From a virus: a stretch of 50,729 nucleotides of DNA. The position numbers and the translations under genes are program-made. The DNA lies in IMG/VR virus record IMGVR_UViG_3300045988_108242, positions 1 to 50,729 of that record; one strand, given 5' to 3'. This document shows, piece by piece, positions 18,709 through 25,429 of this stretch. The notes below the pieces were generated by a model. That model ran no database searches. It was not told the DNA's origin and saw only the letters and a list, made by a program, of their open reading frames with translations. How positions within the stretch are numbered: position 1 is the stretch's first letter; every line of letters starts with the position of its first letter.

Positions 18709-18782
18709 TGGGTCATGTAGGACTCGAACCTACGACCGTTCGGTTATGAGCCGAATGTTCTAACCAACTGAACTAATGACCC
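18709..18782 (-). tRNA. tRNA-Met: tRNA-Met (anticodon CAT), elongator-type or possibly Ile2-type
   Basis: Hand-folded cloverleaf: acceptor GGGTCAT/ATGACCC; D arm GTTC-AGTTGGTTA-GAAC; anticodon arm TTCGG-CTCATAA-CCGAA; T arm GTAGG-TTCGAGT-CCTAC; discriminator A. The G1:C72 pair and the lack of a 3xGC anticodon stem argue against an initiator. Confidence 0.9.
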
Positions 18783-18868
18783 TTGTGCGGCTTTTCGCAG
18801 ATGCATGACTACTCAACCGCACTAATCAATGAAGAACTATATATCTTGTGTGCATTATTCATGCACAG

Positions 18869-18940
18869 CTACCCTAACTGGAATCGAACCAATATTACAA
18901 GAGTCAAATTCTTGTGTGCTAACCTTTACACTATAGGGCA
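18869..18940 (-). tRNA. tRNA-Gln: tRNA-Gln (anticodon TTG)
   Basis: Hand-folded cloverleaf: acceptor TGCCCTA/TAGGGTA (U1:A72); D arm GTGT-AAAGGTTA-GCAC; anticodon arm CAAGA-ATTTGAC-TCTTG; T arm ATTGG-TTCGATT-CCAGT; discriminator G. 72 nt. Confidence 0.9.
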
Positions 18941-19025
18941 TTGTTTTGGTGGCTACTTTATTCACCACCATGTATCGGTTATAAGCAAACGTGTGTTTTA
19001 ATGACTTTAACACCTGTCTATCCTT

Positions 19026-19220
19026 TTAAAAGAAAATATGTATCCTTCCATCTAATGCTGTTATCATGTCTATTTTGTTTACGTCGTAACTCTTCAACTG
19101 TTTTATTGTCATCTTGTCTGCTTCATATTTTTCTCTATCGCTTGAATCAACAATAACAATATCTTCATAGTTATCATCAAACAACTTTTTAATTAAATCC
19201 ATCAAATTATTAATTACCAT
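19026..19220 (-). CDS. Hypothetical protein
   Basis: 64 aa, with GGAGG at 19235..19231 upstream of the ATG. Confidence 0.55.
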   Translation of the reverse strand: MVINNLMDLIKKLFDDNYEDIVIVDSSDREKYEADKMTIKQLKSYDVNKIDMITALDGRIHIFF

Positions 19221-19242
19221 ATTTTCACATCCTCCTATTTGT

Positions 19243-19386
19243 TTATAGTTCTATATCATCAATAGAGCCTTTATAGAATCTTTTTACCAACTCTGTAAAA
19301 TCAAAATAATTTATTCTACGTCTAAATGCTTCTCTTTCAGCTCTCTTATACTGACCTCTTCTTAACAATGATGCAACCTGTACCAT
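19243..19386 (-). CDS. Hypothetical small basic protein (47 aa, below the track cut-off)
   Basis: Hand-translated as MVQVASLLRRGQYKRAEREAFRRRINYFDFTELVKRFYKGSIDDIEL. GGAG lies 8 nt upstream of the ATG, and the ORF fills an otherwise empty gap. Confidence 0.5.
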   Translation of the reverse strand: MVQVASLLRRGQYKRAEREAFRRRINYFDFTELVKRFYKGSIDDIEL

Positions 19387-19441
19387 AACTTCCACTCCTT
19401 CTCTGCTGTGTTTGTTTCCTTTGTTTCTTTCTGATTATATA

Positions 19442-19759
19442 TCAACATAAGTTCTCATAAATGTCAATATGTTTTTGTAAATTTCTTTTTAATTCTTCAT
19501 GTTCATATTGTTCTGCAATTTCCTTTGATACTTTACAACCGCTATGTTTATAGCATTTGTCTATATCGTCATAGTATGTTCTACCTTTACACCATCTTGT
19601 GTATGTGTATTCTGACATAAATAATATTATATCTCCATTTGAATCCATTGCTTGCTTTATAATTCCAGTGTATATTATATGCGCTCTATTTACAGTTACA
19701 TACTCAATATAATCTTGTTTTGCAAGACAATACGTGCTTGATACTCTAACTTTAACCAT
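19442..19759 (-). CDS. Hypothetical protein
   Basis: 105 aa, overlapping the upstream gene by 8 nt. Confidence 0.55.
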   Translation of the reverse strand: MVKVRVSSTYCLAKQDYIEYVTVNRAHIIYTGIIKQAMDSNGDIILFMSEYTYTRWCKGRTYYDDIDKCYKHSGCKVSKEIAEQYEHEELKRNLQKHIDIYENLC

Positions 19760-20204
19760 ACTCTTCTACTACCTCCAACTTCTTCAAATCCTCAATAAGC
19801 CAAGGTTCTTTGTCTGACCATTTTACCATCGGTAAATTCAAATTAAAAAATTCTAAGCTTTTGTTTGATTCAATCCCTCCACTTTCCCAACAGTCAATAA
19901 GTTTATGTGGTCTTATGCAATAAATGAACAAAAATCCATCCATATCTCTGGCTATATATTTTATTCCTTCGCCAATACACTCCAAAAATGTTCTATCCTT
20001 CTTGCTTATAACTACCTTTTCAATGTACTCTGATTCTGCCCATTCTCTTAGTTTCTTTCTACAACTACCATCTCGAAACAAACAAAGATTGCATTCAGTA
20101 TTAACACAAGTAGTGATGCGACCACTTTTCTTTATTACCGCAATATGACCTCCCTCACAAACAATATCAACAATCTCTTTTGCGTACTTCTCTTTGTTCT
20201 TCAT
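19752..20204 (-). CDS. Hypothetical Cys-containing protein
   Basis: The track ORF starts at a TTG (20237). The ATG at 20204 lies 8 nt after GGAG, and a promoter lies just upstream. Confidence 0.6.
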   Translation of the reverse strand: MKNKEKYAKEIVDIVCEGGHIAVIKKSGRITTCVNTECNLCLFRDGSCRKKLREWAESEYIEKVVISKKDRTFLECIGEGIKYIARDMDGFLFIYCIRPHKLIDCWESGGIESNKSLEFFNLNLPMVKWSDKEPWLIEDLKKLEVVEEYG

Positions 20205-20249
20205 ATTTATATCTCCTTCATTTTTGCTCTCTATCAACTTTGTAACTTT

Positions 20250-20277
20250 ATTATAACATATATCTTTGTTTTATCAA
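20250..20277 (-). promoter_or_regulatory. Sigma-A-type promoter (TTGATA-16-TGTTATAAT)
   Basis: -35 at 20277..20272, -10 at 20255..20250. Confidence 0.6.
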
Positions 20278-20299
20278 TAATTATTTTAAGCTATTTTGT

Positions 20300-20452
20300 T
20301 TATTTCTTACACTTTACAACCTTTGCTTTTATATTTGGTGTCAAAAATTTTTTAAAATCCTCAATCCACTCACATGCATCTTTCTTGTTCTTAAATTTTA
20401 CAGTTTCAACATTTGCTTTTACTTTCCCATTATTTAATTCTATTGTATACAT
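20300..20452 (-). CDS. Hypothetical small protein (50 aa, below the track cut-off)
   Basis: Hand-translated as MYTIELNNGKVKANVETVKFKNKKDACEWIEDFKKFLTPNIKAKVVKCKK, with AAAAGGAG upstream. Confidence 0.5.
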   Translation of the reverse strand: MYTIELNNGKVKANVETVKFKNKKDACEWIEDFKKFLTPNIKAKVVKCKK

Positions 20453-20474
20453 ATTATTCTCCTTTTCATTTTGT

Positions 20475-20618
20475 TTATTTCAATGTGTCAACTACTGGTT
20501 TAATAATATCATATTCAATAAATACACTTGCCATAACTTCTGCTGTTTCTTTATCAATACCTTGTTTGATTAAATCTTGTTTATATGCTCTCTTTGCTTC
20601 TCTCTGCCCTTTTGTCAT
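20475..20618 (-). CDS. Hypothetical small protein (47 aa, below the track cut-off)
   Basis: Hand-translated as MTKGQREAKRAYKQDLIKQGIDKETAEVMASVFIEYDIIKPVVDTLK. GGAGAGGA lies upstream and a consensus promoter at 20662..20690. Confidence 0.5.
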   Translation of the reverse strand: MTKGQREAKRAYKQDLIKQGIDKETAEVMASVFIEYDIIKPVVDTLK

Positions 20619-20661
20619 TATTTTATTTCCTCTCCTTTTGTTTTCTTTAACTTATGTATTT

Positions 20662-20690
20662 ATTATAACATCTATGTTTTGTTTTGTCAA
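20662..20690 (-). promoter_or_regulatory. Sigma-A-type promoter (TTGACA-17-TGTTATAAT)
   Basis: -35 at 20690..20685, -10 at 20667..20662. Confidence 0.75.
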
Positions 20691-20693
20691 CAG

Positions 20694-20846
20694 TTATTTT
20701 AAATATTTTTTAGCAAACTCTTCATTGCTCATTGTTTTCATATCATAAACATATTCAATAACATCTACACTATTCATTCCCAATCCTTCTACAAGTTCTC
20801 TAACCATTCCTGTTAAATTATTGTTTTTAATAAACTCTTTCTTCAT
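20694..20846 (-). CDS. Hypothetical small protein
   Basis: The track ORF 20694..20903 is trimmed to the ATG at 20846, which lies 8 nt after GGAG. The longer form would include its own promoter. Confidence 0.55.
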   Translation of the reverse strand: MKKEFIKNNNLTGMVRELVEGLGMNSVDVIEYVYDMKTMSNEEFAKKYLK

Positions 20847-20888
20847 GTTCTTAACTCCTTCTCGTTTTGTTTTCTTCTTTATGATTCT

Positions 20889-20916
20889 ATTATAACATAA
20901 CATAGCAGAAAGTCAA
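20889..20916 (-). promoter_or_regulatory. Sigma-A-type promoter (TTGACT-16-TGTTATAAT)
   Basis: -35 at 20916..20911, -10 at 20894..20889. Confidence 0.65.
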
Positions 20917-20937
20917 CAGTTATTTGTAAATATTTTA

Positions 20938-20973
20938 TAATAAAATAAAAAGGACAGAAACAATGTTCTGTCC
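20938..20973 (-). terminator. Rho-independent terminator after the GT-A-like gene
   Basis: Perfect 8-bp stem GGACAGAA/TTCTGTCC (20952..20959 / 20966..20973) with a 6-nt loop, followed on the minus strand by TTTTTATTTTATT. Confidence 0.8.
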
Positions 20974-20981
20974 CCTTCCCT

Positions 20982-21791
20982 TTAGATTCCCTTAATAGGT
21001 ATCTTGATAATCGGATTGTAGTCAATGTACTTTCTGTTCTTTCTTGACCTTCCTTTGTTTGATGTATCCAACCTTACAATATTACTACCCCACTTCTGTC
21101 TTAACAATTCAAACTGTTCTTTCTCACGTTCCATATTACGATACATAACACAACCGCCCTTTTGTTCTGACTGTCTACAAACATAATGGTATTTGTTTAA
21201 CCTCAATGCCCCTCTATACAGGTTCATGTTCTGTAAGGTCATGTCATAATCTTCTTTTAACGGAAGTCTTTCATCATATCGAAGTTCATTCCCTTTCAAG
21301 AAACACTGAAAAGGTCCACCTATGTAGGATGTAGTGCTAAATGGAGAATACTGCCGATATGACATTGTATCACTGTTACAATTCAATCCCCAGAATTTAA
21401 AACCCCAATCATTGCACAATAAGGAATAACGATATAAGAAGTCTAGTAGTTCGTCTGATTTTACTTTTACTTTCTCATACGCATAGGTTCCATCCTCTGA
21501 CATTTCAAAGTGTTCTATGGCTCGTAAATCATCATCAATCAATAACACAATGTCTGCACCGTTTTCAAACTCTGTATCAAGGATATAATTACGAACTCTG
21601 CACAGATTTCCCTGTACACCTTTCGGACACTTCACAATATTTTCTGTATGTTTCGGGTTGAAATCCAGATATGCTTCGTACTCTTCTGGTGCAACATAAA
21701 CTTTACAGAAAGGAATATAACTTAATGTCTCCACCTTATAACGCTTATAAGACGGACAAGCAACAATGATTTCTTTTCCCTTATACTTCAT
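20982..21791 (-). CDS. Putative GT-A-fold glycosyltransferase-like protein (DxD motif)
   Basis: 269 aa. The N-terminal strand IIVACPSYKR and the motif ADIVLLIDDDL are GT-A-like. Overlaps the ParB-like gene by 11 nt. The family assignment is unverified. Confidence 0.4.
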   Translation of the reverse strand: MKYKGKEIIVACPSYKRYKVETLSYIPFCKVYVAPEEYEAYLDFNPKHTENIVKCPKGVQGNLCRVRNYILDTEFENGADIVLLIDDDLRAIEHFEMSEDGTYAYEKVKVKSDELLDFLYRYSLLCNDWGFKFWGLNCNSDTMSYRQYSPFSTTSYIGGPFQCFLKGNELRYDERLPLKEDYDMTLQNMNLYRGALRLNKYHYVCRQSEQKGGCVMYRNMEREKEQFELLRQKWGSNIVRLDTSNKGRSRKNRKYIDYNPIIKIPIKGI

Positions 21792-22425
21792 TACCCTGCA
21801 CCCTTTCTAACGCTTTCTGTCCGTCTAGCACCCTTCCCACTCCTGCTCGCATACCGAATGACTTCTTGTTCCCTTCCTTCTTTGTTGGATACGCCTTTGC
21901 TTTCTCGATTCCAAACAATCCCATAGCATTGAACCAATCAATCTTATTGTTGAACTTCAACACAATGTAATTGTTCTCTTCATTCAATATTTCTGTGAAT
22001 GGTACATCTGGTTCAACTTCTATTGTTTCATCTTCCAATGCATCAATACTAAATCCAAACACTTCCATGTCAATGTCTGATTTCAGAAGTTCACTGATTT
22101 CTTCGTTAATCAATGTTTCATCATAACTGGATTCTGCTGTTTTGTTTTCAATCAATCGCCAAGCCTTGATTTGTTCATCTGTCATATCATCCAGACAGAT
22201 TGTAGGCACTTGTGTCAGTCCTGCTTTCTTTGCCGCAAGGATTCTTCCATGACCTTCAACCACATAACCATCTTTATCAATTGCTACTGCTCTGTGTTCA
22301 AAGAATCCAAACTGCTTAATACTGTTCATAATTCTTTCAACCTGTTCTTTCGGATGTTTCTTTGCATTCTTCTTATAGGGTTTTAAATCCTTTATCTGCC
22401 TATATACTATGTTTAGTTTCTGCAT
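21781..22425 (-). CDS. ParB/Srx-fold (ParB-like nuclease domain) protein
   Basis: 214 aa. The pattern LKPYKKNAKKHPKEQVERIMNSIKQFGF...VVEGHGRILAAKKAGLTQVP matches the ParB N-terminal domain often fused to phage DNA methyltransferases. No methyltransferase part is present here. Confidence 0.75.
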   Translation of the reverse strand: MQKLNIVYRQIKDLKPYKKNAKKHPKEQVERIMNSIKQFGFFEHRAVAIDKDGYVVEGHGRILAAKKAGLTQVPTICLDDMTDEQIKAWRLIENKTAESSYDETLINEEISELLKSDIDMEVFGFSIDALEDETIEVEPDVPFTEILNEENNYIVLKFNNKIDWFNAMGLFGIEKAKAYPTKKEGNKKSFGMRAGVGRVLDGQKALERVQGNEV

Positions 22426-22492
22426 TTGTTTCTCCTTCCTGTTTTGTTCTATGTTTTGTTAATGGTAAACTATAATATATTTATATACTTTT

Positions 22493-22678
22493 TTAGCACA
22501 TATAATATCCTTTTTCTTTTACCATATTATAATCTCGTTCTGTTAATAATATTGTTACTTGTTTTCTTATATCTCCACAGCAATCTGTATCACATATAAG
22601 CTGATATACTAACATATCTTTATATTTTATACGCTTTACACATGTTATGTTATATACATACTTTTCTACAAGGTTCAT
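22493..22678 (-). CDS. Hypothetical Cys-rich small protein
   Basis: 61 aa. Confidence 0.5.
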   Translation of the reverse strand: MNLVEKYVYNITCVKRIKYKDMLVYQLICDTDCCGDIRKQVTILLTERDYNMVKEKGYYMC

Positions 22679-22696
22679 ACTCTACACTCCTTTTGT

Positions 22697-23041
22697 TTAT
22701 TCTTGTATTAACCTTCGTTCTGTCCTTTTATATTTCTCTTGCTTTATTTGTTCTATCTGATTTTGCCTTTCCACACCTAACAGATACTTTATTTGTTCCA
22801 GACATATTTCTACGTCTGCAATTTCTTCTGTTATACTGTACATTACTGTTGGTTCTTTTGTTTTGCAAGTTTTATCTTTTGATTTTATTCTCTGGTATTT
22901 GCAGAACGCCTGTGTAAGCTCTGCCATCTCTTCTGTACATTGTACCATTCTATTTTCCAGTGTAAACTTTTCTGCCTGTTTTTGAATATCATATAATATT
23001 CCCATATTTATTTCTGTCCTCTCCTTCTTAGATTCATCCAT
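22697..23041 (-). CDS. MazG-like all-alpha NTP pyrophosphohydrolase (putative)
   Basis: 114 aa. The EEMAELTQA...ITEEIADVEICLEQI pattern fits EExxE...ExxD. The alternative start ATG at 23005 avoids the overlap with micro-ORF 23008..23160. Confidence 0.55.
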   Translation of the reverse strand: MDESKKERTEINMGILYDIQKQAEKFTLENRMVQCTEEMAELTQAFCKYQRIKSKDKTCKTKEPTVMYSITEEIADVEICLEQIKYLLGVERQNQIEQIKQEKYKRTERRLIQE

Positions 23042-23160
23042 GTTATCACATTTTGAACTATCTTGTGTTGTAATGCTTGTTCATATGTTATGTTATGCTT
23101 TGTTGCATATTTAGTAACATAATCATGGATTGCTTCTTGGTCTTGTTTCATTGTTCCCAT
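23008..23160 (-). CDS. Hypothetical small protein (50 aa, below the track cut-off)
   Basis: Hand-translated as MGTMKQDQEAIHDYVTKYATKHNITYEQALQHKIVQNVITWMNLRRRGQK. Its ATG abuts the upstream stop (TAAATG). Confidence 0.4.
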   Translation of the reverse strand: MGTMKQDQEAIHDYVTKYATKHNITYEQALQHKIVQNVITWMNLRRRGQK

Positions 23161-23463
23161 TTATTCACCACTTTCTGTATCTACTATTATTTCTAAACCA
23201 TTATTGTTTTGTTTTAACTTTACAACTCCATATGCTTCTAATATTGTTTCTTTTGTATTACTGTTTGGCTTATATCCTAGCACTTTTACATTTGCTTTTC
23301 TTTGATTCTGTATATGTATTGTAAAAGTATTTTCTTTTGTATTTTTGTTTGTTTGTGTTTTATATTTATTTACTTGGTATATATTTCCTATACATCCAAC
23401 ACCTATAAATATAATTCCTAACAGAATCAACATAAGAGATATTCTATTTAATTTCCTGTCCAT
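23161..23463 (-). CDS. Membrane-anchored small protein
   Basis: 100 aa with an N-terminal TM segment (ISLMLILLGIIFIGVGCIG). It has its own consensus promoter and an AAGGAG. Confidence 0.6.
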   Translation of the reverse strand: MDRKLNRISLMLILLGIIFIGVGCIGNIYQVNKYKTQTNKNTKENTFTIHIQNQRKANVKVLGYKPNSNTKETILEAYGVVKLKQNNNGLEIIVDTESGE

Positions 23464-23484
23464 TTTATCTCCTTTATAATATAT

Positions 23485-23513
23485 ATTATATAATATAACA
23501 AAATATATGTCAA
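23485..23513 (-). promoter_or_regulatory. Sigma-A-type promoter (TTGACA-17-TATAAT)
   Basis: -35 at 23513..23508, -10 at 23490..23485. Confidence 0.75.
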
Positions 23514-23586
23514 GTATTATTTTAAAATATTATATAAAAAATTTAGTTTCTTTTATGTGTTCACTTATCCACTGTAATTCTGACTT

Positions 23587-23619
23587 GCTTTCTAATGCCC
23601 CTAATTTACGATTTAAGCC
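23587..23619 (-). repeat. Conserved junction element, copy B
   Basis: Minus strand reads GGCTTAAATCGTAAATTAGGGGCATTAGAAAGC (25 of 33 positions identical to copy C). It is preceded by the hairpin CTAGGATAAATCCTAG. Confidence 0.7.
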
Positions 23620-23698
23620 ATTTTTATTATTTATGCTAGGATTTATCCTAGTTATTGAATTTAATCGCTTATTTTCCCTAGAAAACACATCTAGGATA

Positions 23699-24211
23699 TT
23701 ACTCATAGATTTCACCGCCCCACTCTTCATCTTCGCTTTCTTCCATCCATTCTTCTGCATTTTCTGCTTTCCATATTTCCTCTTCATCTTGCGCTGTAGG
23801 TGTATAACTTTCTCCCTGCGTTACAAGGTTTATAGTTACATTGTTCTGTATCTTTCCTGTTTTCTTGAACATATCCAGTTTATCCATCATTTGCGTTATC
23901 TCTTTTATAGCACCAACGTCCCCTGTTAAACCTTTTTGGAATAATGCAACCATAAGTAAGCTCTGGTTTGTTAATTCTTCATCTGTAAAACCAAAATTTT
24001 TTAAAATCTGTTTTTTCTTATCACTGTTTGTTTTCATTTCCAATAACTGCCGCATACAGTTTTGTAAAGCCATGTTACGTTCTTTCTTTTTTCTTCTTGC
24101 TTCTACACCTTTCATTGCTATCTCATGACGTTCTTCCGGTGTTCTGTCACGCATATTTATAAGCATACCATCTTCATACGGCTTTGGCACTTGTCCTTTT
24201 TTTAATCCCAT
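23699..24211 (-). CDS. Putative terminase small subunit (DUF5681-like)
   Basis: 170 aa. The N-terminal GLKKGQ, the basic helix region and LFQKGLTGDVGAIKEI resemble small proteins found next to terminases. It has an acidic-Trp tail. It lies 5.4 kb from terL, so the assignment is tentative. Confidence 0.45.
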   Translation of the reverse strand: MGLKKGQVPKPYEDGMLINMRDRTPEERHEIAMKGVEARRKKKERNMALQNCMRQLLEMKTNSDKKKQILKNFGFTDEELTNQSLLMVALFQKGLTGDVGAIKEITQMMDKLDMFKKTGKIQNNVTINLVTQGESYTPTAQDEEEIWKAENAEEWMEESEDEEWGGEIYE

Positions 24212-24439
24212 GCTTTGCTCTCTCCTATTCTTTTTATTTGTAATACTAAAATAAGCAGGGGCGAACCCCTGCTATATATTAAACCTTATTGTCTTAGAGC
24301 GATTGAACTCTTAATATATTTTTTTAAAAGTTTCTTACCAATTACGAAGGGGGCAAACAATAAGGTTTATTCCTTTCACTGGCTGACATTATCCGGCTGT
24401 CACTTATTTATAACTATCCTCTTTATAACTCCTATGATT
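24212..24439 (-). promoter_or_regulatory. Structured untranslated leader with internal intrinsic terminator upstream of the terS-like gene
   Basis: Lies between the promoter at 24440..24468 and the ATG at 24211. It contains a 13-bp long-range helix (24280..24292 / 24357..24369), a CCCCC run (24353..24349) and a terminator hairpin at 24254..24273. There is no credible ORF. Confidence 0.6.
24241..24273 (-). terminator. Rho-independent terminator inside the terS leader
   Basis: Perfect 8-bp GC-rich stem AGCAGGGG/CCCCTGCT with a 4-nt loop, followed on the minus strand by TATTTTAGTATT. Confidence 0.8.
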
Positions 24440-24468
24440 ATATTATCATAAAAGTTACTGCTTGTCAA
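24440..24468 (-). promoter_or_regulatory. Sigma-A-type promoter (TTGACA-17-TGATAATAT) driving the terS leader
   Basis: -35 at 24468..24463, -10 TAATAT at 24445..24440. Confidence 0.7.
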
Positions 24469-24665
24469 CGCTTTTTATTTATTTTTTTCAAGTTTTCTTT
24501 TACCATTGTATAGTATGCACTTCCAAAACTACAGCTTTCTTTTTGCTTTTGTTTTATACGCTCTTTTCTTACCCTTTTAACAACCTTTTGAAACTCCTTA
24601 TATTTCTTGCAATTTATGTGGCACTCTGCACTTCTGTCCACACAACCCTTACATGGTATCGTCAT
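24465..24665 (-). CDS. Small Cys-rich basic protein (CxxC-x6-CH-x2-C)
   Basis: 66 aa (MTIPCKGCVDRSAECHINCKKY...), a probable zinc binder with a Lys/Arg-rich tail. Sits immediately upstream of the terS-leader promoter. Confidence 0.6.
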   Translation of the reverse strand: MTIPCKGCVDRSAECHINCKKYKEFQKVVKRVRKERIKQKQKESCSFGSAYYTMVKENLKKINKKR

Positions 24666-25062
24666 CTTTTATCAGACCTTTACTCCTTAAATAATTTTCC
24701 ACATCACATAAATATAATATTGCTTCTTGCATATCTTCATCCTTAACCATTATAAATCCATTATTGTCCATCTTTGTGAACCTATGCCCCGGAAGCGGAA
24801 ATCCCCTTTCACTCACATTATTTAATTTATATCCCACCTCTTTAATATATTTAACTATAACAGTTAACAGCACTATTACAAAAACAAATGTTTTCATATC
24901 CACTCCTGCATAAAAACAGATTATTGGAATTATTATTTGTATTACTATGGCTATCTTTCCTAACTCTTCAATGACTGCATATTTAAACGCAATCAACAAT
25001 TCTATAAATGTTTCTATCATTGTTTTAAAAACACTTTTTTTTACCTTTTGCATTTTTTTCAT
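24649..25062 (-). CDS. Membrane protein (2-3 TM segments) with a soluble C-terminal domain
   Basis: 137 aa with hydrophobic segments IAIVIQIIIPIICFYAG and FVFVIVLLTVIV. Confidence 0.6.
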   Translation of the reverse strand: MKKMQKVKKSVFKTMIETFIELLIAFKYAVIEELGKIAIVIQIIIPIICFYAGVDMKTFVFVIVLLTVIVKYIKEVGYKLNNVSERGFPLPGHRFTKMDNNGFIMVKDEDMQEAILYLCDVENYLRSKGLIKDDDTM

Positions 25063-25424
25063 AATACTGTTCCTTTCAATCCTTCTTTTAACAATTTTAA
25101 TTTTTCTCCTAATCTCTTTCTATATGGATTTAATTTGCATCCCTCACACATATGTTTGTTTTCTTCCATGAATAAATTGTGTCTTACTTCTTTGCATATT
25201 TCACAATGCTTTTCTTTTGTTTCCTGTTCATCTGCAAAAACATACACTTTTAATAATACTACATATGTGTCTTGTGTTTTCTTTTTCTGAATTGAGTATG
25301 TAATATTTTCACTGTTGTTTACTGCTATAATGTTTGTACTAACCCATTTACAGCATTTTAAATATGCTTCTTTCATATTCTTTCCAGAAAATTCTCTCTC
25401 TATTATTTTCTCACTTATATACAT
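25059..25424 (-). CDS. Hypothetical protein with a C-terminal Cys cluster
   Basis: 121 aa containing HCEIC...HMCEGC. Confidence 0.55.
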   Translation of the reverse strand: MYISEKIIEREFSGKNMKEAYLKCCKWVSTNIIAVNNSENITYSIQKKKTQDTYVVLLKVYVFADEQETKEKHCEICKEVRHNLFMEENKHMCEGCKLNPYRKRLGEKLKLLKEGLKGTVL

Positions 25425-25429
25425 TTTGT

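Noticed and set aside
18783-19025. A third (degenerate) tRNA in the spacer between or upstream of the two tRNAs. The upstream hairpin even ends in ...GCCACCA.
   Set aside because: I could not fold a cloverleaf. There is no T-loop GTTCRA motif and no acceptor complementarity, only simple hairpins.
23161-23463. Lipoprotein signal (lipobox) in the 100-aa membrane protein (..FIGVGC) and in the 43-aa peptide (..LLLGC).
   Set aside because: The -3/-2 positions do not fit the [LVI][ASTVI][GAS]C pattern well (G at -3 and L at -2 respectively). I call them membrane-anchored only.
23530-23787. ORF 23530..23787 (or its 58-aa version starting at the ATG at 23706) downstream of and overlapping the terS-like gene.
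   Set aside because: The upper part overlaps terS out of frame. The lower part is largely made of junction element copy B plus the CTAGGATAAATCCTAG hairpin, and it resembles a degenerate copy of the 5' UTR of gene 31534..31818. It is more likely non-coding. A GGTGA SD before 23706 keeps a small possibility open.
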